From a virus: a DNA stretch of 64,000 nt. The stretch is from positions 1-64,000 of the IMG/VR virus record IMGVR_UViG_3300022743_000002; one strand, given 5' to 3'. Position numbers and translations under genes: made by a program. How positions within the stretch are numbered: the stretch's first letter is position 1; every line of letters begins with the position of its first letter. Below the pieces are notes generated by a model that was given only the letters and a program-made list of their open reading frames with translations, had not been told where the DNA came from and ran no database searches. Below are positions 34,981 through 43,762 of the stretch, in pieces.

Positions 34981-36722
34981 GATTGAATTCTGAACACCGG
35001 CAGGCCAAACGACTTGGCTATGTCCTGCTGATCATCTCCGGGCCTCTCCGTAGCCCCAGCATCATCGGGCGCCCCGAAGTCTTGCCCGCCCTGATCGTCA
35101 CCAAAATCCTGATCGCCGCCGCCGTCATCGCCGTCATCGGTCGACTGCCCAGGCTCAGCGCCAGGCTGGCCGTAGTCCTCTTGCTGCGGCATTGCCTCTT
35201 GTTGCCAGGCGCCAACCAGCGAGGGATTCAATGGAGCGTCACCCCACTTACCGTCGGCCTTGTCGACGCCGTCCTCGGCTCGGATCTCGTTGACGGTGCG
35301 CGTCATTTTTTTGCGCTCCCAGATCGTCTTTTCGTCTTCCTCGTCCAGGCCGGTGAACTGGAATTCGTACTTGTCACTGAACTCGCCAATGACGTACTCG
35401 CTCAGCGTGGACTCGAAATAGCTCAGCAGGGGGCGCAGGCCCTTGTCTTTGCTGTTGACGATCTTCTCCTCGGTGTCGTCTCCGCTCAGCGATGACGTTC
35501 CGGACGTGAAGCTCTCAAAATTGATTTCCTCGGGCGCAATGCCGTAGATCGCGCAGATGATGGATGACAAGAACGTCATCCACTTGGCGAACATGATTTC
35601 GTTGGCGGCGTTACCGAATTCCGTGAAGTCGGCTTTCGACTCCTGATCCTTGGACACCATGACGGGCAGCGTCCAGGCGTTATTGACGCCCTTGACCATG
35701 CCGTTCCAGTAGCGCTTAAAGGCGGCAACATCCTCGTCGCTGTAGTTTCCGTACAGGTTCAGCATGCCCTTGGGTATGGCGTTGCTGTCGAAAAATTTGG
35801 TGTTGTAGGTGAAGGCGTTCAGAAAGCCCGTCACCACGCGGATAAGCAGTTCCGTCTCGGACAGTCCGTAGCCGCCAGCAAGCACGTCGGTGCGTGGGTT
35901 GCGCGGCACATACACCAGGTCGTCATAGGTGTAGGCGCTGCGGATCTGGCCTTGCACGACCTGGAGGGCGAAAATCTCGTCTTCGCCTTGGTAGCCGTCT
36001 TCGCTGCACAACCGAATGGTGGCTCCGTCGACGGCGTACATGCCGTCCAGGCCGAGCGACTTGTCGCGCTTCCACTCGGTCTCAATCGGTGCGCTGTCCA
36101 TGGTGAGGCTGTCGCGCACCAGCTTCATCATGAAGTTTTGGAAGTTGTCGCGCTTCAGGCGCAGGCGCTGGCGGGGCTTGGTCTCCCAGCCGCTGTTGGT
36201 CACGAATGACTCCAGCAGCTTAATGGTGGCCTTTTCGTTTTCGTCGATGTTCTCCAGCTTTTCCTTGCTGGCGATCCTGAAACCCGACCCCTTGCCACCC
36301 TTCTGCGGCCGGCAAAACCTGGCCACCTGGCGCTGGCGCGTCATTATGACGGCGTTCAAAATCGGCGTTTGGTCCACCATGGCGCGCATGGCATCAAACG
36401 TGAATTGGCCGGGTCGCTCGAACCAGTCGCCGTTGATGTTGATCTGCAGGTCGTCCAGCCAGACCGACTGCATGCCGGGCTTCTTGTCTTTGATGGCATT
36501 CGACGGGAACGGGATGACGTTCTGCTTTTGCAGCGACTTCGCCATGGCCTGATCGTCCAGGTCACGGTTGATGTAGTCAATGATGGGCTGAATGTTCGCC
36601 GCCGGTATCAGGTCCGACAACGCCTTGGGCATGCTGGATTTTTGAAGCTCCGCCATGGCTTCAGTCCGCTCGTCGGCGGGCGCACGTGGATCAGCGAGTA
36701 TGGCGCGGGCAGCATCAGTCAT
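34977..36722 (-). CDS. Portal protein
   Basis: 581 aa; DGATIRL, GYGLSETE, PKGML, ICAIYGIAPEEIN, KGLRPLL and TVNEIRA portal motifs. Confidence 0.92.
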   Translation of the reverse strand: MTDAARAILADPRAPADERTEAMAELQKSSMPKALSDLIPAANIQPIIDYINRDLDDQAMAKSLQKQNVIPFPSNAIKDKKPGMQSVWLDDLQININGDWFERPGQFTFDAMRAMVDQTPILNAVIMTRQRQVARFCRPQKGGKGSGFRIASKEKLENIDENEKATIKLLESFVTNSGWETKPRQRLRLKRDNFQNFMMKLVRDSLTMDSAPIETEWKRDKSLGLDGMYAVDGATIRLCSEDGYQGEDEIFALQVVQGQIRSAYTYDDLVYVPRNPRTDVLAGGYGLSETELLIRVVTGFLNAFTYNTKFFDSNAIPKGMLNLYGNYSDEDVAAFKRYWNGMVKGVNNAWTLPVMVSKDQESKADFTEFGNAANEIMFAKWMTFLSSIICAIYGIAPEEINFESFTSGTSSLSGDDTEEKIVNSKDKGLRPLLSYFESTLSEYVIGEFSDKYEFQFTGLDEEDEKTIWERKKMTRTVNEIRAEDGVDKADGKWGDAPLNPSLVGAWQQEAMPQQEDYGQPGAEPGQSTDDGDDGGGDQDFGDDQGGQDFGAPDDAGATERPGDDQQDIAKSFGLPVFRIQS

Positions 36723-36728
36723 GCCTGA

Positions 36729-36744
36729 AGGGTAACGTCACGAC
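36729..36744 (-). promoter_or_regulatory. Late-promoter motif for portal operon
   Basis: GTCGTGAC-GT-TACCCT-N6-ATG. Confidence 0.8.
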
Positions 36745-36762
36745 ATTTTTTATCCCGGAGTG

Positions 36763-36792
36763 TTGCTTATTTTTGAGTAATGGCATTAGAAT
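36763..36792 (+). promoter_or_regulatory. Candidate sigma70 promoter for the plus-strand cassette
   Basis: TTGCTT-N18-TAGAAT upstream of an AAGGAG RBS. Confidence 0.5.
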
Positions 36793-36816
36793 TCGTCAAC
36801 ATTCACAAGGAGTTTT

Positions 36817-37059
36817 ATGCACACACCCGAACAAGCCAAAGGCCTTTGGTGCCCAATGGTGCGTATTGCGCGCCGCGAAGACCCGGACCCGAATGCCCGC
36901 ACCACCGTCGTCGCAGGCTGCAACACCGACGCCCTTGGCAAGGTCCGCGTACCCGCGTCCTGCCGCTGCATCGCCAACGAGTGCGCGATGTGGCGCTGGG
37001 CGGATGGTCCGGACGGCCTGGGGTACTGCGGGCTGGCTCCGCTACCCAAAACTGATTAG
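36817..37059 (+). CDS. Small Cys-rich hypothetical protein
   Basis: AAGGAG RBS; WCP..CIANECAMWRW..GYCGLA. Confidence 0.75.
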   Translation: MHTPEQAKGLWCPMVRIARREDPDPNARTTVVAGCNTDALGKVRVPASCRCIANECAMWRWADGPDGLGYCGLAPLPKTD

Positions 37060-37146
37060 CAAGCTGTTTTTATTTTGTATTTCCCCAGTGAAACTCTGGA
37101 GACGCCAATATCCCGGGCGCGAGTCGGGCGCAAATTACCTACCATC

Positions 37147-38058
37147 ATGTTTAAGAACGCAAGTGTTTTCAAAATCAAACTAACCCAGCACGCGCTGACG
37201 CAGACACTGAACGACGCCGCTGGCCGCGCACTTTTCCTGCCATGCTACCCAACTCAGGAGCGCTCAGTCGGCTGGGTTTCACCACGCGGCCATGAGCACG
37301 GCCCGCTGGTGGAGAACATTGGCGGGCACCTGATCATGCGCTTGATGATCGAAACCAAGACGGTGCCAACCCAGGCCATCGATGACGCCGTGGCTGCCAA
37401 GGTCAAGAAGATCGAGGAGACCACCGGACGCAAGCCCGGCAAGAAGGAAATGAGCGAGCTCAAGTCAGACGCGCGCCTGGCTTTGCTGCCAAACGCATTC
37501 GCGCAGCGCGCTGCCGTCTTTGTTTGGATTGACCGGGAAAACGGTCGGCTGGTGCTGGACGCCGCCGGCCAGAACCGCGTCGACGAGGTCGCCACGCAGC
37601 TAATCAAGCTGGTGGACGGCGTCGTCATCGGGTTCCTGACTACCCAGACGTCGCCGGCTGCCGCCATGACGATGTGGCTCAATGACCACGACGCACTCGC
37701 CAGAGACTTCAGCATTGGCCGGTCCGCCACGCTCAAGGCTACCGACGAGAGCAAGGCGGTCGTGCGTTACACACGCCACGGGCTGGACACCGACGAGGTC
37801 CGCCAGCATATCGCCCAGGGCAAGATAGCGACCAAGCTGGCGCTGACGTATCGCGATCGCGTGGCTTTCACGCTGACTGACGGCGGAGTGCTGACTGGGC
37901 TCGAATTCCTTGACTCCGTATTCGAGGAGCGCGCCGACACGGCCGCCGACAGCTTTGACGCCGACGTCGCCATTCTCACCGGGGAGTTGTCCAGGCTGAT
38001 CCCTGACCTGGTCGAGGAAATGGGCGGGGAGTTCGATGAAGAAGGCGGCGCAGCATGA
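37147..38058 (+). CDS. rdgC: Recombination-associated protein RdgC
   Basis: MFKNASVF start, SVGWVSP, LLPNAF, GKIATKLAL, FDADVAILTGEL. Confidence 0.9.
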   Translation: MFKNASVFKIKLTQHALTQTLNDAAGRALFLPCYPTQERSVGWVSPRGHEHGPLVENIGGHLIMRLMIETKTVPTQAIDDAVAAKVKKIEETTGRKPGKKEMSELKSDARLALLPNAFAQRAAVFVWIDRENGRLVLDAAGQNRVDEVATQLIKLVDGVVIGFLTTQTSPAAAMTMWLNDHDALARDFSIGRSATLKATDESKAVVRYTRHGLDTDEVRQHIAQGKIATKLALTYRDRVAFTLTDGGVLTGLEFLDSVFEERADTAADSFDADVAILTGELSRLIPDLVEEMGGEFDEEGGAA

Positions 38059-38270
38059 GTGAATCGGAGATTGAATCGCTTCGCTCTCGCGTGAGGGAAT
38101 TATGCAACCTCGTCCGAAAGGTGCACAAAGCCAAGGGCCGATACCACACCCAGCTGGCGATGTGCGACCTGTTTGACTCCGTGGGTCTGCCTAGTGAGCG
38201 CCCAGAGAAGGATGGCGCGAGCGCGCGCGAACACAATCGCCCCGACGACACTGAGGGCGGGAAAATATGA
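38055..38270 (+). CDS. Hypothetical protein
   Basis: ATGA-coupled to both neighbours. Confidence 0.65.
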   Translation: MSESEIESLRSRVRELCNLVRKVHKAKGRYHTQLAMCDLFDSVGLPSERPEKDGASAREHNRPDDTEGGKI

Positions 38271-38791
38271 TCACCTACAAGACCCAACCAGGAACCATAC
38301 CCCATCGAGCGGTCGCGTATCTGCGAACTTTGCCACCGGGAACGCAAAAAAGTACCGCAGAGCTGGCGCACGCCATTGACGCGGACCCGGAAACCATTGT
38401 GTTCACCATGCGCCCAGCGCGAGATGCCGGGATGGTCAATGCCGAATACGTGCCTGGCGACAAACGACGACTGTACTGGAGTCTTGGCAATGGATTGCAG
38501 CAGCCAACACCGGCCGAACAACCCGATAAGCAGCCCGCGCCTACACGCGAGGCGGCCAAACCAAAAGCGAAAAAAGAACCAAAAGCCGCGCCACCGGAAA
38601 GCTCCGAATTAGACGCCAACCCGCCGACGGCAGTAAAAACAAAGAGGACGCGAACCCCGAGGCTTCGCCGCAATTTCCGCGTTGGGTGGTTCACCGATGG
38701 CACGGCACATATTGAGATAGGGCAACATAAATTCGTCCTGGACAGCGTCGAGACGGCGGCCATCGCGGACATTTTCAAGAGGTTGAAATGA
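38267..38791 (+). CDS. Hypothetical protein with winged-HTH-like N-terminus
   Basis: STAELAHAIDADP..; coupled overlaps. Confidence 0.65.
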   Translation: MITYKTQPGTIPHRAVAYLRTLPPGTQKSTAELAHAIDADPETIVFTMRPARDAGMVNAEYVPGDKRRLYWSLGNGLQQPTPAEQPDKQPAPTREAAKPKAKKEPKAAPPESSELDANPPTAVKTKRTRTPRLRRNFRVGWFTDGTAHIEIGQHKFVLDSVETAAIADIFKRLK

Positions 38792-39072
38792 TTGAACCAA
38801 TCAAGGCCGGCGACATGGCCGAAGTCGTTGGTGGCCTGGGCAGGGCCAAAAGCCCGAACCTTGGGCTGATCGTTACCGTCGTGTCATTCCAGGGCGAGCA
38901 TAGCCAGCATGGCCGGATATGGCGCTGCAAGTCGCCGCACCTTCAGCAACTTGGCGATGCCGGGCAGTATGTAATCGCCGGATGGGCTGACCTGGCTCAA
39001 TCATGGCTTCGCAAGATTGAGCCGCCAAAGTTCAAAACCGCCACGTCGGCGAAGCTCGAAGCCAGTCATTAA
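38788..39072 (+). CDS. Hypothetical SH3-like phage protein
   Basis: IKAGDMAEVV...WLRKIEP; coupled start. Confidence 0.65.
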   Translation: MIEPIKAGDMAEVVGGLGRAKSPNLGLIVTVVSFQGEHSQHGRIWRCKSPHLQQLGDAGQYVIAGWADLAQSWLRKIEPPKFKTATSAKLEASH

Positions 39073-39116
39073 ATTACGCCGCCGGGTGCGTTACCCGGAT
39101 TTTCTAGGAGACTCCA

Positions 39117-39392
39117 ATGAATAAGACACAACTGATTGCAGCCGTCGCATCAGACACAAACCTGAGCACCGAAGATGCTCGCAAAGCCGTCGATGCTGTA
39201 ATTTCCAACCTATCGTCCGGCATGAGGAACGGGGACACCGTTACCATTCATGGCTTTGGCTCGTTCAGCGCAGCAGACAAAGCCGCACGCATGGGTCGCA
39301 ACCCAAACACCGGACAGGCGACAGAGATTGCCGCCCGCAAGGCGCCGCGATTCAAACCAAGCGCAGCGCTCAAGGCTGCTCTAAACGCCTGA
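39117..39392 (+). CDS. HU-family DNA-binding protein
   Basis: MNKTQLI..GFGSF..ARMGRNPNTG..PRFKPSAALK. Confidence 0.95.
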   Translation: MNKTQLIAAVASDTNLSTEDARKAVDAVISNLSSGMRNGDTVTIHGFGSFSAADKAARMGRNPNTGQATEIAARKAPRFKPSAALKAALNA

Positions 39393-39486
39393 TTTCGCAC
39401 CCTCCCACATCAAATTTACATGCCTGGCTTGCAAAAAGCTCAAGACCGGTATATTCGCCCTCCCCGAAGCGACGCGGGGAGGGGAA

Positions 39487-40332
39487 ATGGGCTCGTCAAT
39501 TCAATACAAACCAGGCACAAAGAGACGCGACGCCAGGCTTGGTGATGTTCATGTGCACGTATTTGAAGACGCCATCGGAATAGATTCAATCGTCGTACCA
39601 GAGCACTCCATTTTTATTCTGGCTCGCGGCGTTTCGATGGTCGACATTTTAGAATCCGGTGAGCTACCAAGGCACACATACGGAGCTGGGTCCATCAGGT
39701 TTCTCCCGGCTGGCACACACCTATCGTCGGTCGATGTTTCTGCGCCCTACACAGAGACGATGATCCGCGTTCCGGAAAGCGCGTTCCGCCAGGCCGCCCG
39801 CGACAAAATTTGCTACAACTCACTGCAGTGGAGCTTTGTGAGGGCGCCAGCTGAGAAGACGTTCGGCGTCGCCCAAACGCTAGCCAATGTAGCCATGGCT
39901 GAGAATCCATCCCCGCTGTTTGTAGACGCCGTAATCAATGCGCTTTGCATTGGCGTCATGTGCACCAACATGGACCGGACCTATGAGGCCACGCGCCAAG
40001 TTCCGGGCGGGCTGTCGCCAGAGCGGCAGCGTCGCGTCGTCGAATTCATTGAGAAAAACCTATCGGAGACAATCACGCTATCCGACGTGGCTCATGTCGC
40101 CGCGCTGAGCCCGTTCCATTTCAACCGGGCATTCCGCGCATCGATGGGCACAACGCCATCGAGGTATGTCATGTCCATGCGGGCGTTAAGAGCCAAGCGG
40201 ATGCTGTGCGACCGCACAATGCAAATCGCCTGCGTAGCGATGGAGTGCGGATTCAGCAACCAAAGCCATTTCACCACGGCCTTTAAGAAGGCAACCGGGA
40301 TGACGCCGGCAGAGTGGCGCCGCAATAACTGA
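39487..40332 (+). CDS. AraC-family transcriptional regulator
   Basis: C-terminal double HTH: LSPFHFNRAF..G..P and CGFSNQSHFTTAFKKATGMTP. Confidence 0.92.
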   Translation: MGSSIQYKPGTKRRDARLGDVHVHVFEDAIGIDSIVVPEHSIFILARGVSMVDILESGELPRHTYGAGSIRFLPAGTHLSSVDVSAPYTETMIRVPESAFRQAARDKICYNSLQWSFVRAPAEKTFGVAQTLANVAMAENPSPLFVDAVINALCIGVMCTNMDRTYEATRQVPGGLSPERQRRVVEFIEKNLSETITLSDVAHVAALSPFHFNRAFRASMGTTPSRYVMSMRALRAKRMLCDRTMQIACVAMECGFSNQSHFTTAFKKATGMTPAEWRRNN

Positions 40333-40420
40333 GTCACAAGCTGTTTTATATGTGACGCCAAGTTCGCGCCACCATTAGCTTTTCGCGTGTTTTCCGTTTT
40401 CTCGTGTGATAGCCGGGCGC

Positions 40421-40789
40421 TTATCGGGCGCCAGTTACGCGCTTTTCACCGTCGTATTTTGCCTTTGCGTCCTTCAGCGGCTGCTGGCGCTTCTTTAGCT
40501 CCATGTGCGCATAGTGCACCTCGTCGATGTACTGTCCGCCCTTTTTGTCGTTGCCCATTGCGTAGGCGTGCTTGGCCGCCTCTTTGGCATCCTTGATCAC
40601 GTAATGGAGCTGGTCTTCGCTGTAGGTCGCAAATTTGCCCTGGGTCCGGCTGTGCCAGTTTTCCTCGTCGCGCCAGTCTTTTTTTGGTTTGGCGGCCTGC
40701 CGCTTGTCGTCATGCGCACCCACAACGGAGCCGTCCTTGCGCGTGAACGTATCAATGTGCGACTTGAAAAATAGGGCGAGTGCTTTCAT
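40421..40789 (-). CDS. 122 aa basic protein carrying the shared tag
   Basis: MKALALFFK|SHIDTFTRKDGSVVGAH; has its own late promoter. Confidence 0.8.
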   Translation of the reverse strand: MKALALFFKSHIDTFTRKDGSVVGAHDDKRQAAKPKKDWRDEENWHSRTQGKFATYSEDQLHYVIKDAKEAAKHAYAMGNDKKGGQYIDEVHYAHMELKKRQQPLKDAKAKYDGEKRVTGAR

Positions 40790-40795
40790 TCCCGC

Positions 40796-40811
40796 ATTTT
40801 GCGATCACGAC
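40796..40811 (-). promoter_or_regulatory. Late-promoter motif overlapping the TerL stop codon
   Basis: GTCGTGAT-CG-CAAAAT-N6-ATG. Confidence 0.8.
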
Positions 40812-42925
40812 CTACGCGCCACAAAAAGCACGCAGCTGACGTCGCGCACGCCCACCTGAAGCTGGCGGTCCTCGCACATGCCGGTATCAGCATTGCGTGC
40901 CGTGCACCGCCCGCATACGCCATCCGGCAGGGTTTCCAGCATGGTTGTGACCGCCGTCGGCAGTCCGTGCATGTTCATGCTGGCCGCTTTGTCTTTGAGC
41001 TCTTGCTGCGCGCTACCCCCGTCCGGAATAATGAAGGTCGCGGTTCCGTGCGACCGGGACCAGGCGACGTCGCAAAGCATGTTGGCATAGCTAAAGTGCG
41101 GGTCGATCCCGACCTTCTTCACGCTGCGCTTGTACTGGTTCGTCTCGTCGTCCTTCTCAGCCACCAACGCCGTTTTGGTGAAGTGGTGAAATGCCCGCGG
41201 CAACACCGCCATGGTCTGGGTCTTGCCCTTCTCGATCACGTCCTGCACCAGGCCTTGCGGATCCGGGAACAGGCACAGCTGGCCAGTCAGGCGCGCCATA
41301 CTGACCTGCATGCACTTGTACTGGTCCATGCGCAGCGTGTAGCGGTCGCGCTCATTTTCATCGGTCCGGCGATCGCTTACGTCTAACCTGGGTGCGTCGC
41401 CCCACAGGACCATACCCTCCTTGACCTGACCGAAGCTGTCGCAAATAAACACCCGACCCTTGTGGCGATTTGCGAAGCGCTTGGCGTCGTTGTAGTTCGG
41501 GTTGATTTCGACAACGCACACCGCGACGCCAAAAGCGTCCATGAGCTCGTCGCAGCGTCCAAACGGGTCAGCGTCGTAGATTTCCTCTACGTGCACCACA
41601 GCCTGGCGCCCGTCCGGCAGTCGCTCCTTGATAACGGCGACGTTGAAGTTGCCCATTTGGTCGATACCCATGAAGCAACTGCGACCGCGGGTCTTCCACT
41701 GCACCCCGGCGGCCTTGCCGGCCTCCACGCACGCCGCCAAGTGCTCCAGGGTGACTGGCACCTGACTGGGGTCGACATAGGGCTTGCCGCGCTTGCGATT
41801 GAAAAAGTTCTTCATATCGCTGGCGGTCTGGTACGCCGTGATGATTTCATCGGCGCTGATCGTTGGGCTCAGGTACTGCGGGAAGTGGATCGACCGGATC
41901 CGCAGCCGGCGCTCCTTGAGTGGCACGCCCACCTCGGGCCCGCGATCACGTTCCGGGTGCTCGGCTCGCCACTCGCCGGCCTGGGTGTCGTCAATCCAGT
42001 GACCGTTGGGGCAGACGTAGCGGTATATTTCCCGCTGCTTGTCCCACTTAATGCAGTCCGGGAAATAGTCGTCCAGGGGCTTGCTGGTGCCGCACGTCGG
42101 GCATGTCGTGTGAAACTGGTGCTTGGTGCCCTTCTTGTACCAAAAGTCGATATCGGCGTCGGGCCAGTTTGCGGTAGACCCCATGAGCATGAAGCGGACC
42201 GTGCTGGCGCTGACGCGCTCGTAGGTCTTCTCGATTTGCTCCAGCGTCATCTCCTGCACCTCGTCGAAGCTCAGGACGTCCATGGGAATGGACTCCGTCG
42301 TCGCGCGGCCGCTGGTCCAGCTGAAGATGAAAAGCGCCTGGTCGATGCGGCGCCGGTTGACGTTGCCCTCGCCCTGCTTGCGGCCGCTGCCGTCTGGTGC
42401 GTCCTGGGTCATGAGCTCGTGCACGCTGGGCACGCTGCGCACGATCGGCATGAAGCGCTCGCTCGATTTCAGGCCGGCCAGATTCATGTCGGGCAGGAAC
42501 ATGCCGACGATGCAGGGACCGAACTTTATGCCGAGGTAGATCGTCGCCAGCATCTCCATGACGGTGAAGCCAACCTGGGCGCACTTCATGAGCACCAGGA
42601 CGTACCGGTAGGCTTCCTCGCGCGTGCTTGGTATCTGGTCGTAGATCCACGCCATAGCCGGGCGGTCGTCGAGGGTGAAGCGCTTGCCGTCCACCTTGAG
42701 GCCGTCGCTGCCGTCGGGCTTTGTGCCGCGGCCCAAGTGCTCGCACCACTCGCGGAATGACTGGCCGTCCGGGATGACTTCCTTTTCGTTGATGCGAAAC
42801 CCGGTCTTGGCTTCCAGCTGGGCAATCGCTTGCGCCAGCCCACCATTGAAGTCGGGCATGCGGCGACGGTTGCCGCTCCCGGCGCCGGTAGGCTTGTAGG
42901 CGCGGCCGTTAGCTGCGAAGGCCAT
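40805..42925 (-). CDS. Terminase large subunit (GpA-like)
   Basis: MKCAQVGFT, SSERFMP, LSFDEV, CPTCG Zn finger, MGIDQ nuclease motif, DPHFSYA. Confidence 0.88.
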   Translation of the reverse strand: MAFAANGRAYKPTGAGSGNRRRMPDFNGGLAQAIAQLEAKTGFRINEKEVIPDGQSFREWCEHLGRGTKPDGSDGLKVDGKRFTLDDRPAMAWIYDQIPSTREEAYRYVLVLMKCAQVGFTVMEMLATIYLGIKFGPCIVGMFLPDMNLAGLKSSERFMPIVRSVPSVHELMTQDAPDGSGRKQGEGNVNRRRIDQALFIFSWTSGRATTESIPMDVLSFDEVQEMTLEQIEKTYERVSASTVRFMLMGSTANWPDADIDFWYKKGTKHQFHTTCPTCGTSKPLDDYFPDCIKWDKQREIYRYVCPNGHWIDDTQAGEWRAEHPERDRGPEVGVPLKERRLRIRSIHFPQYLSPTISADEIITAYQTASDMKNFFNRKRGKPYVDPSQVPVTLEHLAACVEAGKAAGVQWKTRGRSCFMGIDQMGNFNVAVIKERLPDGRQAVVHVEEIYDADPFGRCDELMDAFGVAVCVVEINPNYNDAKRFANRHKGRVFICDSFGQVKEGMVLWGDAPRLDVSDRRTDENERDRYTLRMDQYKCMQVSMARLTGQLCLFPDPQGLVQDVIEKGKTQTMAVLPRAFHHFTKTALVAEKDDETNQYKRSVKKVGIDPHFSYANMLCDVAWSRSHGTATFIIPDGGSAQQELKDKAASMNMHGLPTAVTTMLETLPDGVCGRCTARNADTGMCEDRQLQVGVRDVSCVLFVARRS

Positions 42926-42928
42926 GCG

Positions 42929-43606
42929 TTAGAGCCTCATGGACATGGTCATGCCGGTGCGACTGTTGAGCTCAGCCAGGCGCGTCATGATGCGCCGCTG
43001 GCACTCCGGCGACTCCTGGCCAATCTCCTCGATGATGGTCTCGTAGAAGTTTTGCATGGTGCGCAGGTCCCACACCTCCTGAACAGCCTTGATGGCGGTC
43101 TCCAGCAGGTCGGCGCGCCGCACGATCGACTTGTCGAAGGCGGCCGGGTTTTTGATCCGCTCGCCAGTGATCACGCCGTCGCTGTCCGTCACCTGGGTAA
43201 TAGCGAAGGCTCGCAGCATACTTGCGTCGCGGTACAGGCTGTGAATTTCGGCCACAAAGTCCAGCGTTGCCAAGCCGGTCTCTCCGTTTTTGGCAATGTA
43301 GGCCGGACTGGGTGCCGCCGGCAGGTGTTTGGTAATGCTCTCGGTGCCGTTCTCCTCGGACTCCAGCGCGCGATCGTCCTTGCGGATTTTCTTGACCTTT
43401 TGCACCAGCTTCGCCTTGGCGTTGATCAGCTGTGGCTTGGGTACGTCGGCGGCTTTGGCCTCACGGATTAGGCGCCACTTGGTGGCAATGCCAATCTCCG
43501 GATGCGTTTCCAGGATCGGCGTCCAATTGGTGGATCCGACGGTAGCCAGGTGCCTTGCCACGGCTTCCGTGAACGATGCTTTGATGCGGGGGTCGAGTGC
43601 AGCCAT
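42929..43606 (-). CDS. Putative terminase small subunit
   Basis: 225 aa helical protein with an HTH-like N-terminus, immediately upstream of TerL. Confidence 0.65.
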   Translation of the reverse strand: MAALDPRIKASFTEAVARHLATVGSTNWTPILETHPEIGIATKWRLIREAKAADVPKPQLINAKAKLVQKVKKIRKDDRALESEENGTESITKHLPAAPSPAYIAKNGETGLATLDFVAEIHSLYRDASMLRAFAITQVTDSDGVITGERIKNPAAFDKSIVRRADLLETAIKAVQEVWDLRTMQNFYETIIEEIGQESPECQRRIMTRLAELNSRTGMTMSMRL

Positions 43607-43612
43607 GATCGA

Positions 43613-43628
43613 ATGATAGCGTCACGAT
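43613..43628 (-). promoter_or_regulatory. Late-promoter motif for terminase operon
   Basis: ATCGTGAC-GC-TATCAT-N6-ATG. Confidence 0.8.
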
Positions 43629-43700
43629 GATAGTGTGATAGCGCGCCACGCGATCCAGACTAACCGACGCGAGCCGCGCCCGAGCCGCGCCCGACAGGGC

Positions 43701-43735
43701 AAAAAAATACCCGCAACCCAATGTGGGCGCGGGTC
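43701..43735 (-). terminator. Terminator ending the accessory gene run
   Basis: ACCCGC..CCCA..TGGG..GCGGGT followed by A and T7. Confidence 0.65.
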
Positions 43736-43762
43736 TCAGGCCGGGAGGAAACAGCTTACAGA

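Noticed and set aside
40351-40364. TGTGAC-GC-CAAGTT near-match to the late promoter on the plus strand
   Set aside because: Lacks the conserved C and has no downstream gene; may be chance
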